Under the pieces are notes generated by a model, which saw only the letters and a program-made list of their open reading frames with translations, had not been told where the DNA came from and did not search any database. DNA of 64,000 nucleotides from Armatimonadota bacterium (GTDB lineage Bacteria > Armatimonadota > UBA10988). The DNA is taken from assembly GCA_016235455.1 (NCBI GenBank), contig JACRKZ010000059.1, positions 1 to 64,000 on the forward strand, written 5' to 3'. Made by a program: the position numbers and the translations under genes. Positions 1 through 9,596 of this stretch are shown here, piece after piece (position 1 is the stretch's first letter; the number at the start of each line of letters is the position of its first letter).

Positions 1-470
1 GCGGCCGCCAGGCCGCGGAGCGGGTCGGTGGCCGTGCCGGCGCCGCCGCCGCCACCTGGCACAACGTGCCGCACGCGTTGGTTGGCGGGCGCTTCGGGCT
101 CGGCCAGTGTGGAGGCGGTCAGGAGCCGCTCGGTCTCGGCGCCGTCGGCGTCACGCATGGTCAGGCGCAGTTCGTAGGTGGTGCCGGGAGCGACATCGAC
201 CACGCTGCCGGCCCACAAAGTGGCTCCGGCGGGCACGACCACCGTGGGCTCGTGGTCGCCTGGCTTGACTCCGGGCTCCACCTTGAAGAGTGGCGGTCCC
301 TGTCGCCAGGCAGCCTGGCCCACCGGGCGATAGGCCAGGTCGATGGTGGCCCGCTCGTGACCGTCGACCACCCAGTAGCAGCCGAGGCAGCGCCACACAG
401 GCAACTCCGCCACGGGCTCGGCGGCCAGCAGCGCATGGGCGGCGACGAGCAGCAACCAGCCGGTTCTCAT
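1..470 (-). CDS. Secreted hypothetical protein, 3' part runs off the window (FnIII-like N-terminus, probably followed by a beta-helix)
   Basis: ATG at 470 overlaps the upstream stop (ATGA). Reads MRTGWLLLVAAHALLA (signal peptide)...GSVVDVAPGTTYELRLT...RHVVPGGGGGAGTATDP; open to the window edge, so absent from the ORF track. Confidence 0.7.
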   Translation of the reverse strand, partial: MRTGWLLLVAAHALLAAEPVAELPVWRCLGCYWVVDGHERATIDLAYRPVGQAAWRQGPPLFKVEPGVKPGDHEPTVVVPAGATLWAGSVVDVAPGTTYELRLTMRDADGAETERLLTASTLAEPEAPANQRVRHVVPGGGGGAGTATDPLRGLAA

Positions 471-2401
471 CGCGCCAACTCCAGCGTGATCGATCGCATC
501 GTGGGCACCGCGGGGCAGGCGATGGTGTAGGTCTCGTCAGCCGTCTTGGCGATGTGGACATCCTCCTTCGGCTGGCCGTCCTCAGTCCATCGGTAGGTGA
601 TGCGCACCGGCTCGAAGCGGCCGGCGGGCTCGGCGTAATCTGCGTCGATGCGGGCGTTGAACAGGCACAACGTGTTGCGCTGCGTGCCTCGCCAGCGCAC
701 CAGGGCGCTACGCGTGTGCGGCGGCGCCGGCACGTCGGGCAGGTTCGTCGTCATGGCTACCGTCGGGCCATGCACCGAGCCGACCGGGGCATAGGTCTTG
801 CCGTCGTCGAACGAGACCTCGATCTCCCAGGTGTCCTTGGCGTCGCGAGCGCGGTAGAAGCCGTTGATGCGCAGACGTGTCATGTCGCCCGGCGTGGTCA
901 CCGGGAAGGTCACACTGCCCGCACCCTCCTTGAGTCGCAGGAACTCCGGCTCGACGGCCTCCAGCGTGGGATGGAAGTCGGTCGCCAGCACCTGCTTGCC
1001 GCGGTTGCCCGGCGAGGTGCTGCCTTCCACGGTGATGGTGCCCTCCTGAGCCGGCGAGGCAAAGTGAATGGTGTTCTGGCCCTGCGCCAGCGCCGGGAGT
1101 GGGCGCTGCGAGTGCTGGATGTCGTGGCTCAGGCGCAGGCCCTTGAGCATCGTGCCCTGGCCACGGAGCGTGACCCGCAAACGATAGTCGTAGCGCCGCA
1201 GCACCTGGGCGGTCAGATCAATGGTCCGTGCGCCGGATTCCGTCACGTCGGCCAGCGGTTGCCAGTCGAGCCCGTTGTTCTCCGAGAAGGCCAGCGCCAC
1301 GCCACCGCCCGCGCCGACGTCGGCGTCGAGGGCCAGGCTGCCGGTCAGGTAGACATAGCTGCTGGGCATGCGCAGTACCAGGCTGCCGGGCCTGGCCGCG
1401 TCCTTGAGCGTGACGGAGCCAGCCGGCTCGGTGGCCAGATTGTCCACGGCCAGGCAGGTCTCGGCAAAGTCAGGCGCCCGAAGAGGCAGATCGAAGCTCA
1501 GCGTGCCGTTGCCGATACGGCCGGGCGCCAGATCGCCGAAGCGGGGCGTGGACCGCATGCTGTCCCGCCCGCTCACGCCGGTCAGGCAGCCGGGCGCGTC
1601 GCCGCCGGCATTGACGTGCAGTCCCTTGTTCGACCAGTTGCGGACGAGGCGCTCGCCAGGACGCAGTTGGATGTTGACCTGGTAGCCCTGCGAGAAACCG
1701 GAGGAGTAGGGGAAGAGCGTTGAGCCATCGTACTCCTGCATGGTGCTCGACCAGCCATGCGTGCCCGCCGGCCACCAGCCGCCGGCGTCGTAGAACGGGC
1801 AGGTGGTCAACAGGCGCGGCCCGCGATGCCAGCCGGTCCACCCGTCCTGACGCTGGAACGCGGACAGCTTCTCGTTGTTGCCCAGATAGCCGGGGTTGGC
1901 CGCGTGCCAGGCCTTGACCGCCGCGACGATGTCCTCGACGCTGGCCACGCTGCCGTCCTCGCGGGTAAAGTAGTTGACCAGCGAGGCGTCGAACATGTGC
2001 CAGCCGCCGCCGTAGAAGATCTCGGGTACCACGTGCGCGCGGATGGTCCAGCCGCGCGCCTCCAGCCCCACATAGCGCGCCAGGCACTGGACTTCGCTGG
2101 AGGCGACTCCGCAGAACGAGTAGCCGTAGACGTTGAACATCTTGATCGGGTCGAGCACGAGGCCTTCGTACTGCAGGTACTCGCTGGGCGGCGCATCTTG
2201 GTACTGGTGGGCCACGACCGACTTCCAGATGGCCATCGCCTTCTGCTCGTCGGTCATCGTGTCGCGCAGGTAGGAGTGCTTCCAGCCGGCAAGGCTGGAG
2301 ACGTCGGCCACCTGGTCCGAGACGACGCTGACCCGGCTGACGACGGCCGATGCGGGGCCCGACATCAAGCCGCACAGGGCGGCGAGGAACAGGTAGCGCA
2401 T
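467..2401 (-). CDS. Secreted transglutaminase-like (Cys-His-Asp) domain protein, 644 aa
   Basis: Signal peptide; YGYSFCG...HVVPEIFYGGGWHMFD resembles the transglutaminase-like triad; beta-rich C-terminus. Confidence 0.65.
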   Translation of the reverse strand: MRYLFLAALCGLMSGPASAVVSRVSVVSDQVADVSSLAGWKHSYLRDTMTDEQKAMAIWKSVVAHQYQDAPPSEYLQYEGLVLDPIKMFNVYGYSFCGVASSEVQCLARYVGLEARGWTIRAHVVPEIFYGGGWHMFDASLVNYFTREDGSVASVEDIVAAVKAWHAANPGYLGNNEKLSAFQRQDGWTGWHRGPRLLTTCPFYDAGGWWPAGTHGWSSTMQEYDGSTLFPYSSGFSQGYQVNIQLRPGERLVRNWSNKGLHVNAGGDAPGCLTGVSGRDSMRSTPRFGDLAPGRIGNGTLSFDLPLRAPDFAETCLAVDNLATEPAGSVTLKDAARPGSLVLRMPSSYVYLTGSLALDADVGAGGGVALAFSENNGLDWQPLADVTESGARTIDLTAQVLRRYDYRLRVTLRGQGTMLKGLRLSHDIQHSQRPLPALAQGQNTIHFASPAQEGTITVEGSTSPGNRGKQVLATDFHPTLEAVEPEFLRLKEGAGSVTFPVTTPGDMTRLRINGFYRARDAKDTWEIEVSFDDGKTYAPVGSVHGPTVAMTTNLPDVPAPPHTRSALVRWRGTQRNTLCLFNARIDADYAEPAGRFEPVRITYRWTEDGQPKEDVHIAKTADETYTIACPAVPTMRSITLELAR

Positions 2402-2488
2402 GGCGTGCCTCCGTGCCTCCTGGTTCGGCCGGCGCCGCGCGATACCTTCCCCGGCGGCGCGCGCCGATGCCCTGGCGCCACTGCGCCG

Positions 2489-3118
2489 CTACCGCTCACG
2501 GTCCGTCAGCGACAAAGCGCGCCCATCGTCGGCCTCCTGCTCAGGCCGCGACAGGCCGCGCACCATGCGGCCCGCCGCTTTGCTCTCATGGTACGCCAGG
2601 TGGGCCTCACGCTCGGCAGCGACATGACTGACGTAATCGGCGACGTCACGGATGACGGCCAGCGCCGGGTGATCAGGCACCGAGACGCGCCGGCCGTCGC
2701 ACAGGTGCAGGATCACCGTGCCCGCGCGCTGGTCGAGGTCCGTGATGTCGGCCCAGCGGAGCCGCACCTGGCCGTGCGGCCCAGCCAGCGTGAAGCCCTC
2801 GCCGTCGGCCGCCAGGCGGTAGTCGACATCGGCCCAGACAGCGAGACCGTACCTGATGAGGACTGCGGCGGCCGCGACACTGATGGCCACCAGCAGGACC
2901 GCCAGGGCAACCTGCCACACCCCGGCAATGGCCGCCACCGGCAACAGTACCACGGTGACGAACACCAGTGCCAACAGGCTGATGACCTGCGCCTCCGGGC
3001 TCAAGCGGTGGCGCGCGGGCGGCCCCGGCTGGCAGGTGGCGTGCGACCGACCGCGCAGCAGCAGCGCGATGTTGCTGCGGTCATCCTCGCTGAGCGCGCG
3101 CCGTTCGGCCACGGCCAT
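2489..3118 (-). CDS. Hypothetical membrane protein (2 TM plus PH-like domain), paralog of 4252-4896
   Basis: GGGAGG SD before ATG; two hydrophobic helices, then ADGEGFTLAGP...RWADI. Confidence 0.7.
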   Translation of the reverse strand: MAVAERRALSEDDRSNIALLLRGRSHATCQPGPPARHRLSPEAQVISLLALVFVTVVLLPVAAIAGVWQVALAVLLVAISVAAAAVLIRYGLAVWADVDYRLAADGEGFTLAGPHGQVRLRWADITDLDQRAGTVILHLCDGRRVSVPDHPALAVIRDVADYVSHVAAEREAHLAYHESKAAGRMVRGLSRPEQEADDGRALSLTDRER

Positions 3119-3161
3119 GCCTCCCGCGCGTCAGTTCGGCATCGCGCTCGACGGCACCTCT

Positions 3162-3198
3162 CCCTGGGAGCGCTGACCTGGCGTCCGCGCTCCCAGGG
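3162..3198. terminator. 12-bp GC-rich hairpin downstream of the DUF1559 gene
   Basis: CCCTGGGAGCGC-N13-GCGCTCCCAGGG; no U-tract. Confidence 0.45.
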
Positions 3199-3209
3199 CC
3201 AGGCTGTGG

Positions 3210-3920
3210 TCAGTTGCCGAAGCGGTTGGCCTGCAGGTTGGCGATGAAGCCGGCGTCGGTGACCGTCGTGCCCTCCATGTTCCAGTAGTTGATGGTGGCA
3301 TCGGGCCGGAGTGCCTTGACGTGCCCATCGGCGAACAGGAAGTTGGCCACCCCGTTGTGGTTGGTGAAGGTCAGTTCCGGGCCGCCGTTCCAGAAGTCGC
3401 ACTCATCGTACGGGCGATTGGGATTCTCGCCGACCAGGATAAGCTGCGACGGCTGCACCAGCGCCGCCAGGGCCGCGCCGCCGCCATCCCACGACCGGCG
3501 CATGGGCGGCGTGCCGTTGCCGCCCATGCCGCCGCCGCCGTTGGCCATGTAGTGCTGCCGGAACAGCGTCCCGTTGTTGAAGCACCCAGACGCGATGTTG
3601 GTCTTGGTGATGGACGGGCAGGAGAAGATCTGCGCAGTCTTGATGTACGGCTCCACCATGGCGTAGAAGTTCATCCAGTCGACGCCACCGGTCATGTTGG
3701 CCGGCGTCATGCCGTTGGCCCGGTTCGACGGCAGCCGCTCATCGTAGTCGTTGGTGTACTGCGCAATGGCCAGGCCGATCTGCTTCTCATTGCTCTGGCA
3801 ACTCGACGTACGTGCCTTCTCTCGTGCCTTGGCAAACACCGGGAACAGGATGGCTGCCAGAATGGCGATGATGGCAATCACCACCAGCAGCTCAATGAGA
3901 GTGAACCCCTTGCGTCTCAC
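3210..3920 (-). CDS. Prepilin-type N-terminal cleavage/methylation protein, DUF1559 and H-X9-DG family, 236 aa
   Basis: GTG start after GGAGGGG; [37 protein letters not shown]; C-terminal [15 protein letters not shown]. Confidence 0.93.
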   Translation of the reverse strand: MRRKGFTLIELLVVIAIIAILAAILFPVFAKAREKARTSSCQSNEKQIGLAIAQYTNDYDERLPSNRANGMTPANMTGGVDWMNFYAMVEPYIKTAQIFSCPSITKTNIASGCFNNGTLFRQHYMANGGGGMGGNGTPPMRRSWDGGGAALAALVQPSQLILVGENPNRPYDECDFWNGGPELTFTNHNGVANFLFADGHVKALRPDATINYWNMEGTTVTDAGFIANLQANRFGN

Positions 3921-3966
3921 GTTGACCCCTCCGGGGCGGAAACCAGTGTTTCTCGCCACTACTGTC

Positions 3967-3995
3967 ACCCTAGCAAGCGGGAATCGACCTGTCAA
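3967..3995 (-). promoter_or_regulatory. Sigma70-type promoter of the DUF1559 gene
   Basis: TTGACA-N17-TAGGGT with TG extended -10. Confidence 0.6.
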
Positions 3996-4251
3996 GAAAC
4001 TGCGTGTCTGTTGTTTAAATGTCACAATGCGTGGTATGGAATCGGGTGACGATCGCCACCGTCGGGTTTGGCGCGGGCGCGATTGGGGTAAATGCGCGCG
4101 CCTGGGTCAGCAGACCGAGGCGCGGATTGTGTGGCGCGGCCCCCCGGGTGGTGGCATGGTCCAGCAGGACGATCGGGGGCGCGCACAATGGGCGCCTCGT
4201 CTTGGTGTTCGGTAAGCATGCGGACCTGGCGGTCCGCGCTCTCAGGGCTGG

Positions 4252-4896
4252 CTACGGGCTTACCGACAACCCGCGGTCGGCGTCGGCGCTGTCCTCGGCC
4301 GGTGACAGCCCGCGGTCCATACAGCGCAACTGCTGTTCTTCAGCCTCGCCTTGCGCTCTGGTGTGCGCGATGCGGAGAGCCACAACGCGCTCGGCGACTT
4401 GGCGGATGGTGCGCAGATTGGCCATGGCAGGCACCGGCACCTCGGAGCCGTCCGCGCATTGCCAGATGGTGCGGTCCTCGGTGGTATTGATGCCAACGAT
4501 GTCGAGCCAACGCACATACGTCTGTCGGCGCGGGCCAGCGAAGGACACCCCGTCGCCGTCAGCCCGCACCTGCAGGTCGTACTCGCCGCCTTGCTGTCGG
4601 AAGCAACGGTCGAGGAAGACGCATCCAAGAATATACACGAGCAGGGCGACGACGACGCCGGCCTGCTCCCCGTGTGCTGGACCGATGGCGGCTCTGGTGA
4701 GCGCGCCGACTGTCGTTGCCATCGGCATCGCCAGGCACCCAGCGAGACCACGCGCTTGTCGGTTGGCGTGCATTCGGCCCACGGGCTCGACCACGCAGAT
4801 GCCCTGCCGAGTGCCGCCCAAGTACGCCTCAATCAGTTCCGGTGCGGGCGGCCACGCTGAGGCGCTCTCGGGTTCGATGGTCAATCGCTCGCTCAC
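4252..4896 (-). CDS. Hypothetical membrane protein (PH-like domain), paralog of 2489-3118
   Basis: Probable GTG start (MSERLTIEP); ADGDGVSFAGP...RWLDI...DGSEVPVP. Confidence 0.6.
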   Translation of the reverse strand: MSERLTIEPESASAWPPAPELIEAYLGGTRQGICVVEPVGRMHANRQARGLAGCLAMPMATTVGALTRAAIGPAHGEQAGVVVALLVYILGCVFLDRCFRQQGGEYDLQVRADGDGVSFAGPRRQTYVRWLDIVGINTTEDRTIWQCADGSEVPVPAMANLRTIRQVAERVVALRIAHTRAQGEAEEQQLRCMDRGLSPAEDSADADRGLSVSP

Positions 4897-4999
4897 GTCC
4901 CATCCTCTGCTGCTGTGGTTGGCCGCGGCGCCGGCAACACCTTGCCACGAGCGCCCCAACCCGCTATCGTCAACACCCAGCCAAGGAGTACCGAGGAAC

Positions 5000-5968
5000 A
5001 TGCCATCTATCGACATGGGGCTGGACCAACTGCTGACCTACAGCCCGCCCACCACCGCGCAGCCGGACTTCGATTCGTTCTGGCAGCGCACGCTGGCCGA
5101 GACGCGCGAGTACGACCTGATGCCCGTGCTCGACGTGATGGACTACCCGGTCCGCTCGGTGTTGGCGCACCGGCTGAGCTTCGCGGGCTTCGGCGGTCAT
5201 CGCATCAACGGCCTGTACCTGCTGCCGCGCGGCTGCGAGGACAAGCCGGTGCCCGTGGTGCTTGTGGTGCATGGCTATACCGGCGGCGCGGGCATGGTGC
5301 ACATGCATCTGCCATGGGTGCAGATGGGCTGCGCGGTCATCTCGGTGGATACGCGCGGCCAGGGCGGTGATACCGGTGAGCCGGGCGGCTATGACGGCGG
5401 GTCGGTCATGGGTTGGATGACCAACGGCATCCTCGATCCCGAAGGTTACTACTACCGCCGCGCCTACACCGACTGCGTGCGGGCCGTCGATTTTGCCTGC
5501 TCGCGGCCCGAGATCGACGCCGAGCGCATCTGCGTCACCGGTGGCAGCCAGGGCGGCGGCCTGAGCATCGCCGTCGCCGGGCTGGACAACCGGGTGAGCA
5601 TCGTCATGCCTGACGTGCCGTTCCTATGCCACTTCCAGCGCGCCGTGGACATCACGCCGGCCGGACCATACCCCGAGATCGCCAACTACCTGGCCAAGTA
5701 CCCCGGCCATGTCGACGACGCGTTCCGCACGCTGAGCTACTTCGACGGCATGAACCTGGCCGCCCGCATCGCGCCGAGTTCGCAGAACCTGTGGAGCGTC
5801 GGCCTGTGGGACGATGTCTGTCCGCCGTCGACGGTCTTCGCGGCGTACAACGCCTGCCCGGCGGAGTCCAAGGACATCGCCATCTACCCGTACAACAAGC
5901 ACGAAGGCGGCCATGGCTGGCAGCGCGAGCGCCAAATCGCCTTCCTGGCGGATGCCTTGAACGCGTGA
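5000..5968 (+). CDS. Acetyl xylan esterase / cephalosporin-C deacetylase (CE7)
   Basis: GAGGA SD; PDFDSFW, RGQ motif, GGSQGG nucleophile elbow, D..CPPST, HE. Confidence 0.92.
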   Translation: MPSIDMGLDQLLTYSPPTTAQPDFDSFWQRTLAETREYDLMPVLDVMDYPVRSVLAHRLSFAGFGGHRINGLYLLPRGCEDKPVPVVLVVHGYTGGAGMVHMHLPWVQMGCAVISVDTRGQGGDTGEPGGYDGGSVMGWMTNGILDPEGYYYRRAYTDCVRAVDFACSRPEIDAERICVTGGSQGGGLSIAVAGLDNRVSIVMPDVPFLCHFQRAVDITPAGPYPEIANYLAKYPGHVDDAFRTLSYFDGMNLAARIAPSSQNLWSVGLWDDVCPPSTVFAAYNACPAESKDIAIYPYNKHEGGHGWQRERQIAFLADALNA

Positions 5969-5977
5969 TGGGACGAC

Positions 5978-6054
5978 CATCCGCAGATGACGCAGATAGA
6001 CGCAGATGATCTGACGATCCGGCCATCTGCGTTCATCTGCGTCATCTGCGGATG
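5978..6054. repeat. Intergenic palindromic repeat of (A/G)CGCAGATG-type units, copy 1
   Basis: 31-bp arms with 2 mismatches, between convergent genes. Confidence 0.85.
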
Positions 6055-6060
6055 CAGCCG

Positions 6061-8694
6061 CTACTCCACCAGCGACCGCAGCACATACGGCAGGATGCCG
6101 CCGTGGCGGTAGTACTCGGCCTCGGCCGGGGTGTCGATGCGTAGCGTGGCAGCGAAGACCTTTTCGCTGCCATCCTCGGCGGTGGCGGTGACCGTCACTT
6201 CGCGCCGGCCCTCGGCGATGCCGTCGATGCGGTAGCTCTCCAGGCCGGTCAGGCCCAGGCTGGCCGCGGTCTCGCCGGCCAGGTACTGCAACGGCGCGAT
6301 GCCCATGCCCACCAGGTTGCTGCGGTGGATGCGCTCGTAGCTCTCGGCCAGCACGGCGCGGACGCCCAGGAGCTTGGGACCCTTGGCCGCCCAGTCGCGT
6401 GAGCTGCCGCTGCCGTATTCCTTGCCGGCCAGCACCAGCAGGCCGACGCCGTCGCCCGCATACTTCATGGCCGCGTCGTAGATGCTCATCTGCTCGCCGC
6501 GGTAGACCGTCACGCCGCCCTCGACGCCCGGCACCAGCGCGTTGCGCAGGCGGATGTTGGCGAACGTGCCGCGCATCATCACTTCGTGGTTGCCGCGCCG
6601 CGAGCCGTAGCTGTTGAAGTCGCGGGGCTCCACGCCACACTCGCCCAGATAGCGCGCCGCCGGGCTGGTCTTGGCGATGTTGCCCGCCGGCGAGATGTGG
6701 TCGGTGGTGACGCTGTCGCCCAGCACCGCGAGCACCCGCAGGCCGGCCAGGTCGGTGATCTCGCCCGGCGTTCGGGTCAGTCCCTCAAAGTAGGGCGGGT
6801 TCTTCACGTAGGTCGAGTCGTCCGACCAGGCGAAGGTCTGGCTGGTCGGCGCGGCAAGGCTCTGCCAGCGGGCTTCGCCGGCGAAGACATCGGCGTAGCG
6901 CCCGGCATAGGAATCCGCGCTGAGCGCCGCGGCGATGGCTGCCGACACCTCGGCCTGGCTCGGCCACAAGTCGCGCAGGTAGACCGGCTGGCCGTCACTG
7001 CCGGTGCCCAGCGGCGCGCTGCTGAGGTCGACATCGATGCGGCCGGTGAGCGCGTAGGCCACCACCAGCATGGGCGAAGCCAGGTAGTTGGCGCGCACTT
7101 CGGCGTGCACCCGGCCTTCGAAGTTGCGGTTGCCCGACAGCACCGAGCAGGCCAGCAGCCCGCCTTCGGCGATGGCCGCCGACACCGGCTCGGGCAGCGG
7201 ACCGCTGTTGCCGATGCAGGTGGCGCAGCCGTAGCCGATGAGGTTGAAGCCGAGTTGGTCGAGGTAGCTCTGCAGGCCCGCGGCGTTGAGGTAGTCAGTG
7301 ACCACCTGGCTGCCGGGTGCGAGGCTGGTCTTGACCCACGGCGCGCGAGTCAGGCCCTTCTCCACCGCTTTCTTGGCCACCAGGCCGGCACCGATCATGA
7401 CCGCCGGGTTGCTGGTGTTGGTGCAGGAGGTGATGGACGCGATGGCCACGAAGCCGTCGCTCAGCGTGACGGGTTGGCCGTCGATGACCGTGGTCGCGCT
7501 CTTGGTCTCGGCGCCGCGCACCTCGGCGAAGCTGGCCGCCACGTCGGTCAGGGCCACGCGGTCCTGTGGCCGCTTGGGCCCGGCCATGCTGGGCACCACG
7601 GTGCTCAGGTCCAACTCCAGCACCGCCGAGTAGCGCGGCTCGGGCGTGTTCTCGTCGAAGAACAGGCCTTGCGCCCGCATGTAGGCTTCGACCAGCTTGA
7701 TCTGCGCCTCGGGCCGGCCGGTGAAGCGCAGGTAGGCCAGTGTCTCGGCGTCGACCGGGAAGATGCCGCACGTGGCGCCGTACTCGGGCGCCATGTTGGC
7801 GATGACCGCGCGCTCGGCCAGCGGCAGTTGCGCCAGGCCGGGGCCGAAGTACTCGACGAACTTGGCCACCACGCCGAACCGGCGGAGCATCTGGGTGACC
7901 GTCAGCACCGCGTCGGTCGCGGTCGCGCCTTCGGGCAATGCGCCGCTGAGCCGCACGCCGACCACCTCGGGCAGGACCATGGTGCTGGGCTGGCCCAGCA
8001 GCGCGGCCTCGGCCTCGATGCCGCCCACGCCCCAGCCGAGCACGCCCAGACCGTTGATCATCACGGTATGGCTGTCGGTGCCGACCAGCGTGTCGGGGTA
8101 GGCCCAGGTCTGGCCGTCGGCCCCCTGGCCGGTCATCACGACGCGCGCCAGGTACTCCAGATTGACCTGATGGCAGATGCCGGTGCCCGGCGGCACGACC
8201 TTGAAGTTGTCGAACGCGGTCTGGCCCCAGCGCAGGAAGGCATAGCGCTCGTGGTTGCGCTGGAACTCGAAGTCGACGTTGATGCCGTAGGCGGCGGCGC
8301 TACCGAAGGCGTCGGTCTGCACCGAGTGGTCGATCACCAGCTCGGTGGGCACCAGCGGGTTGATCCGGTCGGGGTCGCCGCCGAGCGCCACCATGGCGTC
8401 GCGCATGGCGGCCAGGTCGACCACGGCGGGCACGCCGGTGAAATCCTGCATGAGCACGCGCGCGGGCGTGAAGGCGATCTCCTGGGTCGGCGGCGTGGCG
8501 GGATCCCAGTCGAGAATGGCCTGGATCTGCTCGCGCGTGACGTTGGCTCCGTCTTCGAGGCGCAGCAGGTTCTCCAGCAGGATGCGCAGCGAATAGGGCA
8601 GGTGCGACAGGTCGCCCAGCCCGTCCAGCCGGGCGATGGAGTAGGTGGCGCCGTCGACACTCAGGCTGCCATGGGTGCCAAAGCTATTGCTCAT
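6061..8694 (-). CDS. acnA: Aconitate hydratase A, 877 aa
   Basis: [56 protein letters not shown]. Start set at MSNSFG. Confidence 0.97.
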   Translation of the reverse strand: MSNSFGTHGSLSVDGATYSIARLDGLGDLSHLPYSLRILLENLLRLEDGANVTREQIQAILDWDPATPPTQEIAFTPARVLMQDFTGVPAVVDLAAMRDAMVALGGDPDRINPLVPTELVIDHSVQTDAFGSAAAYGINVDFEFQRNHERYAFLRWGQTAFDNFKVVPPGTGICHQVNLEYLARVVMTGQGADGQTWAYPDTLVGTDSHTVMINGLGVLGWGVGGIEAEAALLGQPSTMVLPEVVGVRLSGALPEGATATDAVLTVTQMLRRFGVVAKFVEYFGPGLAQLPLAERAVIANMAPEYGATCGIFPVDAETLAYLRFTGRPEAQIKLVEAYMRAQGLFFDENTPEPRYSAVLELDLSTVVPSMAGPKRPQDRVALTDVAASFAEVRGAETKSATTVIDGQPVTLSDGFVAIASITSCTNTSNPAVMIGAGLVAKKAVEKGLTRAPWVKTSLAPGSQVVTDYLNAAGLQSYLDQLGFNLIGYGCATCIGNSGPLPEPVSAAIAEGGLLACSVLSGNRNFEGRVHAEVRANYLASPMLVVAYALTGRIDVDLSSAPLGTGSDGQPVYLRDLWPSQAEVSAAIAAALSADSYAGRYADVFAGEARWQSLAAPTSQTFAWSDDSTYVKNPPYFEGLTRTPGEITDLAGLRVLAVLGDSVTTDHISPAGNIAKTSPAARYLGECGVEPRDFNSYGSRRGNHEVMMRGTFANIRLRNALVPGVEGGVTVYRGEQMSIYDAAMKYAGDGVGLLVLAGKEYGSGSSRDWAAKGPKLLGVRAVLAESYERIHRSNLVGMGIAPLQYLAGETAASLGLTGLESYRIDGIAEGRREVTVTATAEDGSEKVFAATLRIDTPAEAEYYRHGGILPYVLRSLVE

Positions 8695-8746
8695 GGGTCT
8701 TCCTTCCGCGTTCTCAGTCGTAGGGTTCGGCGTCGGGCGGCAATTG

Positions 8747-9484
8747 TCAGCCCGCGCGCACTTCACACAGCGCCAAGGGCCGCTTGACGCCTTCAAACTC
8801 CGCCTGCCGGGGCGGCGCCAGCCGCGCATCGCCGGGCACCAGGTCGGCCGTGGACGAGCAGGCGACCACGCCGCTCTCGGTCTGCTCCGCGGCCCAGGCG
8901 CGAATGACGAAGGCCACGACGAACGGCTCGCCGACCACATCCGGCCGCGCATAGTCGGGATGCCCGACCGGCCCGAAGTAGACCGAGCCGCTGGCCACGC
9001 CGATCTTGAGCTTCAGGTCGCCGACATGCGTGGTCGCCGCCAGCGCCGCGTCCAGCGCGCGCCGGGGGTGATCGATGCCGGCGAACAAGCCGACCACGCC
9101 GCCCGGCCCGATGGTCTTCACCGGCACGCCATGGCTACGCAGCACTGCCTCGGTCACGTGGTAGCAGATGCCATTGGCCCAGGCCGCCAGCTCGCGGGGC
9201 GGCAACTGCCAGGCCAGTTCGCGCGTACGCTGCACGCCGGTCACCACCACCGTGGCGTCAAACACGTCGCGCTGATGGCTGTAGGCGCCCAGCAGCCACT
9301 CCACAGACACGCCGAGCAACTGCGAGAGCGGCACGAGGACGCCGATGTCCGGTGCGTTCTCGCCCCGTTCCCACTTACTGACCGCCTGCGGCGTGACCTG
9401 CAGCGCTGCTGCCAGATCGTTCTGTTTGAGGCCGCACTGCTCGCGACGCGAGCGGATCCGCTGGCCCAGGTCTGCTAGTACCAT
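8747..9484 (-). CDS. XRE-family HTH regulator fused to a degenerate class III adenylate/guanylate cyclase domain
   Basis: [28 protein letters not shown]; C-terminal VKTIG..., [22 protein letters not shown] follow the cyclase pattern. Confidence 0.8.
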   Translation of the reverse strand: MVLADLGQRIRSRREQCGLKQNDLAAALQVTPQAVSKWERGENAPDIGVLVPLSQLLGVSVEWLLGAYSHQRDVFDATVVVTGVQRTRELAWQLPPRELAAWANGICYHVTEAVLRSHGVPVKTIGPGGVVGLFAGIDHPRRALDAALAATTHVGDLKLKIGVASGSVYFGPVGHPDYARPDVVGEPFVVAFVIRAWAAEQTESGVVACSSTADLVPGDARLAPPRQAEFEGVKRPLALCEVRAG

Positions 9485-9596
9485 CGCTCGCCTCCATGCT
9501 AGATGGTAACCGCAGGTTGAGCCGGCCACAATGGCGCGGCAGTTGTCTGCGTGTCGTCACGGTTGAGCCGCGCGGGTGGTCGCGGTCAGGCGCTGG

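Noticed and set aside
1-8. Window begins with a NotI site (GCGGCCGC)
   Set aside because: It lies inside an open reading frame and such sites are common at this GC content; no vector sequence is seen.
5978-6054. Short repeats as a possible CRISPR array
   Set aside because: They are inverted arms without unique spacers, and no cas genes are present.
6586-8787. Long antisense ORFs (e.g. 733 aa opposite acnA, 848 aa at 49777-52323)
   Set aside because: Shadow ORFs from high-GC codon bias, opposite clearly identified genes and lacking motifs.
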